DNA of 46,608 nt from Octopus bimaculoides (lineage: Eukaryota). The stretch spans positions 16,169,850 to 16,216,457 of the forward strand of contig NC_068994.1 in assembly GCF_001194135.2 (NCBI RefSeq), written 5' to 3'. The notes below the pieces were generated by a model. That model was not told where the DNA came from. It saw only the letters and a list, made by a program, of their open reading frames with translations, and did no database searches. Made by a program: the position numbers and the translations under genes. Below are positions 35,551 to 46,608 of this stretch, one piece after another (position 1 is the first letter of the stretch; each line of letters begins with the position of its first letter).

Positions 35551-36203
35551 AGACGAAAGGCAAAATCGACTTCAGTGAAATTTGAACTCAGGACGTTAAG
35601 GACAGATGAAACGCTGCTGAGTATTTTGCCTGATATGCTAATAGTTCTGCTACTCACCATCTTAAAAAAAGAGAAATNNNNNNNNNNNNNNNNNNNNNNN
35701 NNNNNNNNNNNNNNNNNNNNNNNNNNNNNNNNNNNNNNNNNNNNNNNNNNNNNNNNNNNNNNNNNNNNNNNNNNNNNNNNNNNNNNNNNNNNNNNNNNNN
35801 NNNNNNNNNNNNNNNNNNNNNNNNNNNNNNNNNNNNNNNNNNNNNNNNNNNNNNNNNNNNNNNNNNNNNNNNNNNNNNNNNNNNNNNNNNNNNNNNNNNN
35901 NNNNNNNNNNNNNNNNNNNNNNNNNNNNNNNNNNNNNNNNNNNNNNNNNNNNNNNNNNNNNNNNNNNNNNNNNNNNNNNNNNNNNNNNNNNNNNNNNNNN
36001 NNNNNNNNNNNNNNNNNNNNNNNNNNNNNNNNNNNNNNNNNNNNNNNNNNNNNNNNNNNNNNNNNNNNNNNNNNNNNNNNNNNNNNNNNNNNNNNNNNNN
36101 NNNNNNNNNNNNNNNNNNNNNNNNNNNNNNNNNNNNNNNNNNNNNNNNNNNNNNNNNNNNNNNNNNNNNNNNNNNNNNNNNNNNNNNNNNNNNNNNNNNN
36201 NNN

Positions 36204-36253
<50 letters not shown>

Positions 36254-37200
36254 ATTAAGCATATACATCAATAATTATTTACTCCTGACTTCAAATCTTG
36301 TTAGGGTTATCTTTGCCTTTCATCCTTTCAGGTAAAGGTACACTGGACTGTTGCCCAGGGTCCTCTTGGGTACAGGGGCCAAATTCTGATCTAAGTATGC
36401 CAGGGCTTGTTGTCAATAAATAAACATTATAAGGCTCAGTGCAATAATTTGCTTCAGGTCTCATAATGCAGCTAAGATAGCTCCGCCTTCAAGATCAATA
36501 AAACCAAGTAAACCAGTCAAGTACTAGAGTTGATGTTATTGACTAAACCCTCCCACTCAAACTTGCGGGCCTTGTGCCTAAATCAGAAATCATAATAGCA
36601 ACATGAGCTGGTAGAAACATTAGAGCATTTATCTTTCATCTTTTAGTTGTTTCAGTCATTTGACAGTGGCCATGCTGGAGCACCGCATTGGAGAATTTTT
36701 ACTCAAATAAATTGGCCCCAGAACATTGTTTTTTTCAAGCCCGTTACTTATCTTATTGATCTCTTTTGCTGAACCACTAAGTTATGAGCACATAAACACA
36801 CCAACACCAGTTGTCAAGCAGTAGTGGAAGACAAACACAGACACAAAAATACGCACACACACACACACACACACATATATACATGATGGGCTTCTTTCAG
36901 TTTCTGATTCCCAAATCCACTTACAAGGCTTTGGTTGGCCCAAGACTATAGCAGAAAACACTTGCTCAAGATGCAATGCAGTAGGACTGAACCTGAAACC
37001 ATGTAGTCGGGAAGCAAACTTCTTACCACACAGCCACAAATGCAATCTCTTCACCCTGTTTATTGTTTAATGCAGTCTTCAATTGATGCAGTTAACATAC
37101 ACATAACCATATTAGGAATTAAATGGAATGGTTATTAAATCCGAGAATTTTTGTCTATTATTTTCAAGAATGAAATATGAATTATTGAACAAAAGCTCAC

Positions 37201-37382
37201 CGGACTAGATTAATAGCATAGTTAAGTACTAAATCTCTGTTCTGTTCTGGAATACCAATGTCTTTGGCAGCAGGTCGACAGGCGTTAATCAGTTTTTCAT
37301 TATCCTCTGCTTCCAGGAGGTTTGGAACTTCTCCAGAATTTAACATATTATTTATGTCCTCCAGAAATTCTTCCATCACAAT
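37201..37382 (-). CDS. DNAH6: Dynein heavy chain exon: IVMEEFLEDINNMLNSGEVPNLLEAED...NYAINLV(R)
   Basis: aattag acceptor, gtgagc donor; 182 nt; conserved FLEDINN.LNSGEVPNL motif. Confidence 0.95.
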
Positions 37383-37556
37383 CTAATTTTAACAAATGAT
37401 TAAAGCTATAATTAATAAATTTTTATATAAACACAGTTGCCTAATTAAATTCCTAAGGAAGAACTAAAAGATATGCACACACACACACACACTCATGTAA
37501 CTGTATACATGTATACTAGTCTGTGTTTGATATATGTGTGTGTATACATATATATG

Positions 37557-37622
<66 letters not shown>

Positions 37623-37894
37623 CATATATATATATACATACACATATTAATGAAGTAAATGCATGCATGTATTAATGAAGTAAATGAGCACACACACACA
37701 AACATACAAAATACATACACACACGAAATAAGAGATTTAAATCAAAAGAAGAAATGTAGCTAAGGTTCAGAAGAAAATTATAAATGCAATTAAAAGTGAT
37801 GTTATAAAACACTGACACATTACTGATACATATAACAAACAACAAGCCGGATAAATTTGTCTGCTTTTCCTATCAGGTACTAGAAAAAACAGAC

Positions 37895-38300
37895 ACGTGT
37901 GTAACACACTTGTCATCGTTGTTGGCACTCCGTCACTCACGACGTCGAGGGTTCCAGTTGATCCGATCAATGGAACAGCCTGCTTGTGAAATTAACGTGC
38001 AAGTGGCTGAACACTCCACAGACACGTGTACCCTTAACATAGTTCTCGGGGATATTCAGCATGACACAGTGTGACAAGGCTGGCCCTTTGAATTACAGGC
38101 ACAACAGAAACAGGAAGTAAGAGTGAGAGAAAGTTGTGGTGAAAGAGTACGGCAGGGTTCGCCACCATCCCCTGCTGGAGCCTCGTGGAGCTTTAGGTGT
38201 TTTCGCTCAATAAACACTCACAACGCCCGGTCTGGGAATCAAAACCACGATCCTATGACCGTGAGCCCGCTGCCCTAACCACTGGGCCATTGCGCCTCCA
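37895..38300 (-). mobile_element. Young tRNA-derived SINE with head ggaggcgcaatggcccagtggttaggg; second copy at about 41613-41980
   Basis: Two highly similar copies with A and B boxes on the minus strand. Confidence 0.88.
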
Positions 38301-39019
38301 CACACACTAGTCATATGAGCCAAATTAACCACACTTACTTCTTTTTGACCTAGTTTTTTTGAATTAGACATTTGAGCTTGATATCTTTTGAGTATCAAAC
38401 CTTACTGACTAGAAAACAGGAAACCTACCAGTTCCCTGCTTTTCTTTTGTTTTTTTATTTAGATATCTTCTCACATCAAATTTATCTTCAAATTAAGCTT
38501 TGGCTCTCTGGGATAGTAATATCATACCCATAGCAAGGAACTGTGGTTTTGCTTACTTAACCAACTTATTTTGTGTAATTCTCTAATTGTCTTCTTAATA
38601 AATAAGCAAGGACTTTCTAAGTACAACATTCAAGAAACTGTCAACTTTCCTCAGAGTCAGTATTTGCAGTCCAGTTCACAAGGTAAGTATAACTGATTCA
38701 GACAATGCCCTCATCTAAAACGTTTCCTACTATAAACATGGAATTTCCCATTTGTTGAATAGATTTGCCACAGCTTTGAATATTACCACAGCTAGAGCCA
38801 ATGTAAGGGGGATAACCCTTACTTTTATTTATTTGTATATTTTCTATTTACAAACCAATTACGTATTTCTTCCTCTAGTTGTAGAGAGGTTATGCACCTT
38901 CAGCCGTTTGAATCTGATGAGTCAGCGATACTGCTAAGTGCTTTATCGGTGCAAAATCAATGGCCACTCTATGACTGGTCATAACTTTCGACTTCCTTAA
39001 AAGTGCATTTACTGCTCTA

Positions 39020-39325
39020 ATACTTTAGAGTGTGCTTCTTTTTCAAATATATGAAACTAATGACAATGATCTCATTTTTGTGGCTGGTGATTTTAATGGG
39101 CACGTTGGACAGCAACCTGGTATCTTCCATGATGTTAATGGGGGGGAGGCATGGAATTGGTTCCCGAATTGAAGAGGGAACTAGGTTGCTGGAGTTCTGT
39201 GATGCAAGCAGCCAATTGACTTGCAACACCAACTTCAGGAAGCCAGCCAACCACCTGATAAACTATCAATCATGTGATTCTGCTAGCCAGATTGATTTCA
39301 TTCTCACCAAACAGAGAGATATGTT
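39020..39325 (+). pseudogene. RTE-clade LINE AP-endonuclease fragment
   Basis: VAGDFNGHVG...HGIGSRIEEGTRLLEFC...CNTNFRK...SQIDFIL with a frameshift. Confidence 0.85.
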
Positions 39326-39854
39326 GTAATTTTGGAGATATGCTGTAATTGAGAAGACCCTGCAAGTAAAGTGAGATTGCAGCTGTGGCCAATACCTGTG
39401 TCACATAACCAGCCTATTTAAAAGTACCCTTAAATCACCAGGCAACACACTGTGCTTGAGAAGACCTGTTGAGACAAGTGAAATCAAAATCGAAATCATA
39501 GTCGTAGCCAATGCCAGTGCCACCTGACTGGTAACTGTGCTGGTGGCATGTAATAAGCACCATTCAAGCATGGGTTGATACCAGTGATGCGTGACTGGCT
39601 CTCTATGTCCGTGGTATGTAATAAGCACCCACTACACTCTCAGATTGGTTGGCATTAGGAAGGGCAACCAGCTGTAGAAACCTTGCCAGATCAGATTGGA
39701 GCCTGGTGCAGCCTACTGGCTTGCCAGTCCTCAATCAAACTGTCCAACCCATGCCAGCATAGAAAACGGACATTAAACAATGATGATGATCATGATGATA
39801 TATATAGATATATATATATGTATGTGTGTGCATGTATGTGTGTGTGTATGTGCG

Positions 39855-39874
<20 letters not shown>

Positions 39875-39885
<11 letters not shown>

Positions 39886-40124
39886 ATAAGAGTGAAAAAA
39901 CTACAGAAGGCTTGTGTTACTTGGTTAAAGTATATATTTAAATTATGTCAGAAAAATGTTAGCTTTTATCTCTCTTTCTCTTTCTTTTTTTCTGCAAAAG
40001 ATTGCAGAAAAAAAGAAAGAGAAAGAGAGATAAAAGCTAACATTTTTCTGACATAATTTAAATATATACTTTAACCAAGTAACACAAGCCTTCTGTAGTT
40101 TTTTCACTCTTATTATCTTTTATA
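39875..40124. repeat. Perfect 250-bp palindrome (123-bp arms, 4-nt loop AAGA)
   Basis: 39875-39997 is the exact reverse complement of 40002-40124 by manual comparison. Confidence 0.93.
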
Positions 40125-40373
40125 CATCCAACCACGTGCTTTCACATACCAACTTTCTCACACACATACATATATATATGTATGTATATTTGTAAAGTGG
40201 TTGACATGAGGAAGGGCATCAAGCTGTAGAAACCAACCCAAAATAGACTATTGAACGTGGTACGGGCACTGGTCTTGGCAGTTCCTGTCAAGTTGTCCAA
40301 TCTACAGCAGCATGGAAAACGGACATTAAATGTTGATGATGATAATGATGATGATATACAGACACACACATAC

Positions 40374-40524
40374 CTGAGTATCGTTAAATAAGAAGACAAT
40401 GTTTTCATTTTTGCAACCAGCCAGCTCATATAACTTTTTCAAATCCTCACGAAAAGCCAGGTAATCATAGCCACGCCTCAGTTCAATCTGAAAACACTGA
40501 TAACCACATATATGGGCAGCCAAC
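40374..40524 (-). CDS. DNAH6: Dynein heavy chain exon: LAAHICGYQCFQIELRRGYDYLAFREDLKKLYELAGCKNENIVFLFNDTQ
   Basis: tttctag acceptor, gtatgt donor; 151 nt; joins the previous exon in frame (AA+G = K). Confidence 0.95.
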
Positions 40525-40578
40525 CTAGAAATAAGAAGAGACAGAGAGAGTGAGAGAGAGATAAAGAAACAAAGTTAT

Positions 40579-41134
40579 AGTATTCAGTGGCATGTGACAA
40601 CTTGCTGGGGCTACTTGCTGGAGCCTAGCAGCAGGAAGTTTAGACAGTGTCATGTGACAACTAGCTGGTGCTGCCTACTGGACCCTAGCAGCGGGAAATT
40701 TAGACAGTGTCACGTGACAACTAGCTGGGGCTGCCTGCTGGAGACTAGCAGTAGATATAAAAAGGGGAACTTGACATGACGATCAGTCGGACGCTGACAC
40801 TCGTTGATGCTGCATCGAAGAGGCCAGGGAATAGAAGAAAGAACACATGCACCCAACACCAGAGCTGAAGACACCTCCAAAAGGAGGGGCCCCCCCACGT
40901 CAAAACGGTAGAGGAGTAGGGGCTGAAACCGGACGTGGTTCCTCCTGATGATGTCTTGAGCTAACTGGATCCTATAAAGGAGCTGTTGTGGTAGCAGACC
41001 ACGAAACATGGTTGAAATTCCTCCCCTTATTCTTTTACAAATTCCAATCACTGGAATGCAGGAATGCAGCAATGCTGTGGTACAACATTCATAGATTTTA
41101 ATCGGTAATATCAACCCTAGCAATTTGTCTAATA
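40579..41134 (+). mobile_element. LTR-like element with three 60-bp tandem units upstream of a TATA box
   Basis: Units register at 40591, 40651 and 40711; TATAAAA at 40756. The end ...taataca is restored at 41403 once the hAT MITE is removed. No convincing TSD. Confidence 0.55.
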
Positions 41135-41393
41135 CAGTGATCCTCAACCATTTTTTGCCTGTGGATCCCTTTGATTTCCATTTTACTCAACTGGACCCTG
41201 ATAAGCCATTCACTGTTTAGAAAAAATCCCATTATATCTTTATAATTAAATATTATTAGGAATTGTATTAAAAAATTGTTTAAAATATTTTGTGTGTTGT
41301 GGAAGTATAATGAATTTATTGCACATAAATTTCAACAGCAAAATTTTATGTGGACCCCGCAAGGGCCATCTGGACACTGATTGAGTACCACAA
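41135..41393. mobile_element. hAT-type MITE, same family as 9285-9605
   Basis: Degenerate TIRs cagtgatcctcaa / ttgagtaccacaa; 8-bp TSD GTCTAATA/ATCTAATA; homologous interior. Confidence 0.8.
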
Positions 41394-41534
41394 ATCTAAT
41401 ACATCTTTTATTGATCTTCTAAGAATGAAAAGGCAAGTCTTCTTTAGTAAAAATGTCAAAACTAAATATCATAAGGTAATTTTGCTCACCACACCAGTTT
41501 TGGTAATTCATTACCAATACACACACACACACAC

Positions 41535-41571
<37 letters not shown>

Positions 41572-43351
41572 GCCAAGCTTCCACATAATCTATTGTTGTA
41601 TTTCAGAAGGATCATTGTTGTTGGCACTCCGTCGCTTATGACGTCGAGGGTTCCAGTTGATCCGATCAACGGAACAGCCTGCTTGTGAAATTAACGTGTA
41701 AATGGCTGAGCACTCCACAGACACGTGTGCCCTTAATGTAGTTCTCGGTGATATTCAGTGTGACACAGTGTGACAAGGCTGACCCTTTGAATTACAGGCA
41801 CAACAGAAACAGGAAGTAAGAGTGAGAGAAAGTTGTGGTGGAAGAGTACAGCAGGGTTCGCCACCATCCCCTGCCGGAGCCTCGTGGACCTTTAGGTGTT
41901 TTCCCCGGTCTGGGAATCGAAACCGCAATCTTATGAGTGTGAGTCCGCTGCCCTAACCACTGGGCCATTGCCCCTCCACTGATGGATCATTATGCCAATA
42001 ATAAACAACACACTCACTGGTTTTATTTAACTTCTTTTATATTTATTAACCAACTGGCAAGCTGGAAGGATCATTAGTATGCTGGGCAAAATGCTCAGCA
42101 GCATTTTGTCTATCTATACATTCTGAGTTCAAATTCTGCCAAGGCCAAGTTTGCCTTTCCTCATTTCAAGGTCAATAAAATAAGTACTGATTAAGTACTG
42201 GGGTCAATGTAATTGACTTACCTACTCCCTCGAAATTGCAAACCTTGTGCTAAAATTTGAAATCATTATTAGTAGTCAACTAGATAACCATTTAACCAAT
42301 TAACTAATTAGTTGTTTGGTCAATCAATCAGTCAGTCATGTTTGTCAAATGCCTTTCATTGCCACTCGTGACCTCATAAATGAAATGCCCTTTCCTATCA
42401 ACATCTACTTCAAGTCTGATAAGGTCATGAAAAAGGCCTTTGACAAACTTAGATGATTGATTGATTGATTGATTGATTGACTGACCCAACTATTAATCAA
42501 ACAACTGATTAGTTACTTAATCAAATGGTTAACTAGTTGACTAATAGTAATGATTTCAAATTTTCAAACGAAGCCAGAAACTTCAAGGGAGTGGGGAAGT
42601 CGATTACATCAACCCCAGTACTCAACTTGTATCTATTTTATTAACCCCAAAAAGATGAAAGGCACAGTCGACCTCAGAGGATTTGAACTCAGAACATAAA
42701 GACGAACAAAACGCCACTAAGCATTTTGCCTGGAATGCTAACAATTCTGCTAGATCACCATCTTAAAATTTGTACCTCACACTGGGACTGATCCTGGAAC
42801 CATGTGGGTGGGAAGCAAACTTCCTACCACACAGCCACACCTGCTAGTTGACTAATAATAATAAAAGAAGTGAAATACAACCAGAACATGTATTTATTAT
42901 TGGCATAATGACCCTCCCAAGATACAGTAAAATCTGTTTCAACACATAAATTCATATCAAGCATCGTGCAAGCCAAACAAAAAAACAAGGTTTATTCTTT
43001 AGATATTTTTATAGATTCCTATCATAAACAATGTCCAATGGCCATACTGGGGCACTGCTTTTAAGGATATTGTCAATTGTGTATCAACACCAGTATTTTT
43101 ACTGGTATTTATTTTCTTGACTTTGGAACAATAAAAGACCAAATTGACCTGGGTGAGATCTGAACTCAGAATGTAAAGAGACATAGGCACAGGCATGGCT
43201 GTGAGATAAGAAACTTGCTGCTCAACCACATAGTTCCAAGTTCAGTCCCACTGTGTGGCATCTTGGGCAAATGTCTTTTACTATAGCTTTGGACTGGCCA
43301 AAGCCTCGTGAGTGGATTTGGTAGACAAAAACTGAAAGAAGCCTCTCGTGT

Positions 43352-43387
<36 letters not shown>

Positions 43388-43487
43388 ATTACGTATGTAT
43401 GTATGTGTATACATCTACCTGTGTCTTTGTATCTGTTTGTTATATATATAATTATATATATATATATATATATATATNNNNNNNNNN

Positions 43488-43536
<49 letters not shown>

Positions 43537-44478
43537 AAATACACACACACACACATATATATATACAAACTCTATACATACACACATATATACACAGGCT
43601 TCCACACAGTTTCTTATTTCTTTATGACCCACAAGGGGCTAAACACAGAGGGGACAAACAAGGACAGACAAAGGGATTAAATCGATTACATCGACCCCAG
43701 TGCGTAACTGGTACTTAATTTATCGACCCCGAAAGGATGAAAGGCAAAGTCGACCTCGGCGGAATTTGAACTCAGAACATAAAGACAGACGAAATACTGC
43801 TAAGCATTTCGCCCGGCGTGCTAACGGTTCTGCCAACTCACCGCCTTCAACAGTTTCTGCCAACCTAATTGACTCATAAGGCTTTTGTAAATGGTTGGCC
43901 TGGGACTATAGTATAAGGCACGAGCCCAAGGTTCCACACAGTGGGATTGAATCTCAAACTACATAGGTTCCAAGTGAGCTTGTGAACCAATTTTAATGCT
44001 AAGCTCAATTTATTTTCACACACACACGAAGATAACAGGGGAAAAAACATTTTGACTCTTTCTGCTAAATCAATATATAAGCAATAGGTCTTTAGTGACA
44101 CCCTAATTACCTCATGGATAGCAATATGTCATGTAAATGATGTCCATAAAAACTTTCAGTAAGTCAGTGATATGAAGAACTTAAAGAAAGAATGAAAGAA
44201 TGAAAATATGTGGTCTGTCTATGTAAGGAAAAATATAAATTCCAGTCACTACATTTCAATTGACAAAACTCATTAATTGTACAACAGGGGTACATAAGTC
44301 TAAGTAATTAATGTTACATATAGCATTGAATAAAATATATTTCGGTGAAGTCATATTTAACACATTCAAGAGCATTTGGACATGATAAGACCTTCCATTG
44401 CAGAAACAGTCCCAGGAGAAATTTTACTCCTAGACAGGTGTGAAAACACATTTTGGGCTGTGAATAATGTCACAGGGT

Positions 44479-44523
44479 CATAGGATGCATGTGTTTCGAC
44501 ATCATTTTGCTTCATCAGCTACA
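44479..44523 (-). ncRNA. Degenerate type-I hammerhead, family f
   Basis: Minus strand: TGTAG CTGATGA A GCAAAATGATGTC GAAA CACATGCA TC CTATG. Core intact; stem III reverts to palindrome ACGCATGCGT by two CpG changes. Confidence 0.55.
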
Positions 44524-44743
44524 AGCACCAAGTCTGTCATTCACAGCCTGATAAGAATAAAGTTCTTCTTATTAAACAGAATACAGTTTGTTTGCTGATG
44601 CACATGAAGTTGGTCAAGCTAGAATTAAATAAAGAAGGTCACACAAATAAGTCTTACTCATGTAAAGTCACATTTAATATGTTTGAGCACAATAATATTC
44701 TAATCTTGCAGAAATTTAAGACAAATATTATAAAGTTTCTTAC

Positions 44744-44904
44744 TTGGTCAGAGACTGTTTGCCAACACCACCAACACCTACGAGTAAAGCATTGCCTCGG
44801 TTCTGTCGAATAAGCCGAATAATACGAGAAATATGGGAAATTGCATCAGCGAAAAAGACCAACTTCAGTTCTTTAGGAGATTGTAAATTGAAGTCATCTA
44901 GATA
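44744..44904 (-). CDS. DNAH6: Axonemal dynein heavy chain exon (AAA4 P-loop): [53 protein letters not shown](K)
   Basis: ctacag acceptor and gtaag donor; 161 nt, ends in phase 2. Walker [10 protein letters not shown] in the typical dynein AAA4 context. The DNAH6 assignment rests on recalled similarity across all exons. Confidence 0.95.
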
Positions 44905-45406
44905 CTGTAGTAAGAGAAAATTTTTTAAATGTTTTAGTGAAGTAGGAATGGTATATTGTAAGTAAGATATGTTTATGCAAAGATGAAGTGTTTTCTTTAA
45001 TCCTTTTGATACTAATCCCACCGAGACCATCCTTGGGTCTATGGTACAAACTTAGAGTTTTAAAAGGATCTCAGTTAAAACGCCCTCCTAAAATTTCATA
45101 AAAATTCATGTCCCAAACTCCTGTGAAATAACGACAAAATTCATCATCATCAACATCATTTAACATCTGTTTTCTATGCTGGCATGAGTTGGATAGTTTG
45201 AGCAGGGCTGACAAGCTGGAGATCTGCTCAAGTCCTAGTCTGATTTGGCATGGCTTCTACAGCTGGATGCCCTTCCTAACACCAACCACTTTACAGAGTG
45301 TGCTGGGTGCTTTTATGTGGCACCACACAAGCACTTTTATGTGGCACCAGTATGGGTGTTTTTTTATGTGGCGCCGGCACATGACTCTTGCAGGACAATC
45401 CCCTTC

Positions 45407-46052
45407 ACCAGGCGGAGTGGTCTTAACACTTCTGCTGTGGAGTACAGGCTTTGTTGAGTACAACAAAGTACCAGGTATCTCAGTCCTTTCTAAATTATTC
45501 ATTATTTTCAAAATTAATTGAAGTAAAGGCAGTGTATTTCAACAGGAATATAGTATCAAAAGGGTTGATGAGGTTCAATTATTGATAAGAAAACAGCAAA
45601 GGATTAGAACTCCTGAACATAGGATTTTTTGTCCTAGATATTCTATTCTAGAAAAGCATTAATATTGGTTTCAAATTTTGGCACAAGGCCAGCAATTTAA
45701 TGGAAGGGGTTAGTTGATTACATTNNNNNNNNNNACCAGGCGGAGTGGTCTTAACACTTCTGCTGTGGAGTACAGGCTTTGTTGAGTACAACAAAGTACC
45801 AGGTATCTCAGTCCTTTCTAAATTATTCATTATTTTCAAAATTAATTGAAGTAAAGGCAGTGTATTTCAACAGGAATATAGTATCAAAAGGGTTGATGAG
45901 GTTCAATTATTGATAAGAAAACAGCAAAGGATTAGAACTCCTGAACATAGGATTTTTTGTCCTAGATATTCTATTCTAGAAAAGCATTAATATTGGTTTC
46001 AAATTTTGGCACAAGGCCAGCAATTTAATGGAAGGGGTTAGTTGATTACATT
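45407..46052. repeat. Identical 318-bp tandem duplication across a 10-N gap (probable assembly overlap)
   Basis: 45407-45724 equals 45735-46052; the copies are separated only by Ns. Confidence 0.85.
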
Positions 46053-46608
46053 GACACCAATGCACAACTGGTACTTATTTTATCATCCCCCCTCCCCACA
46101 TGACAGGTTTCTTTCAGTTTCCACCTACAAAATCTATGACAAGGCATTGGTCAGTCCAAGACTACAGCAGAAGACACTTGCCCAAGGTGCTACACAGTGG
46201 AACTGAACCTGGAACTATGTGGCTGGGAGGCAAGCTTCTTAACACACACCTACACCTGCACCTATGGAAACAAAAATAAACTTGAACCAATCAACAAAAC
46301 TCTACAAACTTGCTCAACCTGCAAGAAATATCAGATAAATCTCCCTTGGATGTGTTAGATATTGTAGTTCTAAGTCACTTAAAAAGATGGGGTGGGATGG
46401 TCACAGCAAGAATGTCTATGATTATAGCTTTGTTCAATTAGTTATGACTTGGGGTTGAACAACACTGAAGAAGGAATTGTAATTCCGAAATATCATCGGA
46501 CTATAGATAACCAAATTACAACAGGTATATAGTCCATTTCTTGTTTTATAGTGCATTGTTGTATCATTCTAAACTTTTATTCTTTACAAACACTATCATA
46601 ATTTTTCT

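Noticed and set aside
38660-38960. Two hammerhead-like fragments: TAGATGA GGGC ATT GTCT GAAT (minus) and CTGATGA GTCAG CGATA CTG (plus)
   Set aside because: Each needs three or more core or stem changes and has no convincing stem I; compatible with chance.
40591-40751. 60-bp direct repeats, and the about 20-bp array at 9491-9590, as possible CRISPR arrays
   Set aside because: Repeats are contiguous without unique spacers, the context is eukaryotic, and there are no cas genes.
40860-41015. CTGAAGA and CTGATGA cores, and a hairpin followed by GAAAC, inside the LTR-like element
   Set aside because: The cores and GAAA cannot be joined by a closed stem II and stem I.
44905-46608. A further upstream dynein exon
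   Set aside because: No open frame with dynein motifs and matching splice sites was found; the region is SINE and duplicated sequence.

Overview
AT-rich, repeat-dense eukaryotic genomic DNA with several N gaps. The SINE families, microsatellites and gene architecture look like an octopus (coleoid cephalopod) scaffold; this is an inference, not a database result. The only host gene is on the minus strand: 11 GT-AG exons of an axonemal dynein heavy chain most similar to DNAH6. They run from the AAA4 Walker A (GVGGVGKQS) through the stalk coiled coil and microtubule-binding domain, all joining in frame, with both gene ends outside the window. One expected exon of about 42 codons is not visible between 11723 and 21546. 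The introns hold tRNA-derived SINEs, MITEs (hAT, Tc1/mariner, piggyBac-like, Helentron-like), mariner, RTE, R4/Dong and Penelope remnants, a solo LTR, and long palindromes. The most unusual signal is a set of type-I hammerhead-ribozyme motifs with palindromic stem III: 8 copies from about 6 unrelated families. Several lie in inverted or tandem repeats like Penelope pseudo-LTRs or non-LTR retrozymes, and one lies just downstream of a tRNA-like Pol III promoter at a Penelope 3' end. Most ORFs in the supplied track are artefacts of microsatellites, N runs or SINEs. Repeat boundaries were read by eye and are approximate; exon boundaries were checked base by base.
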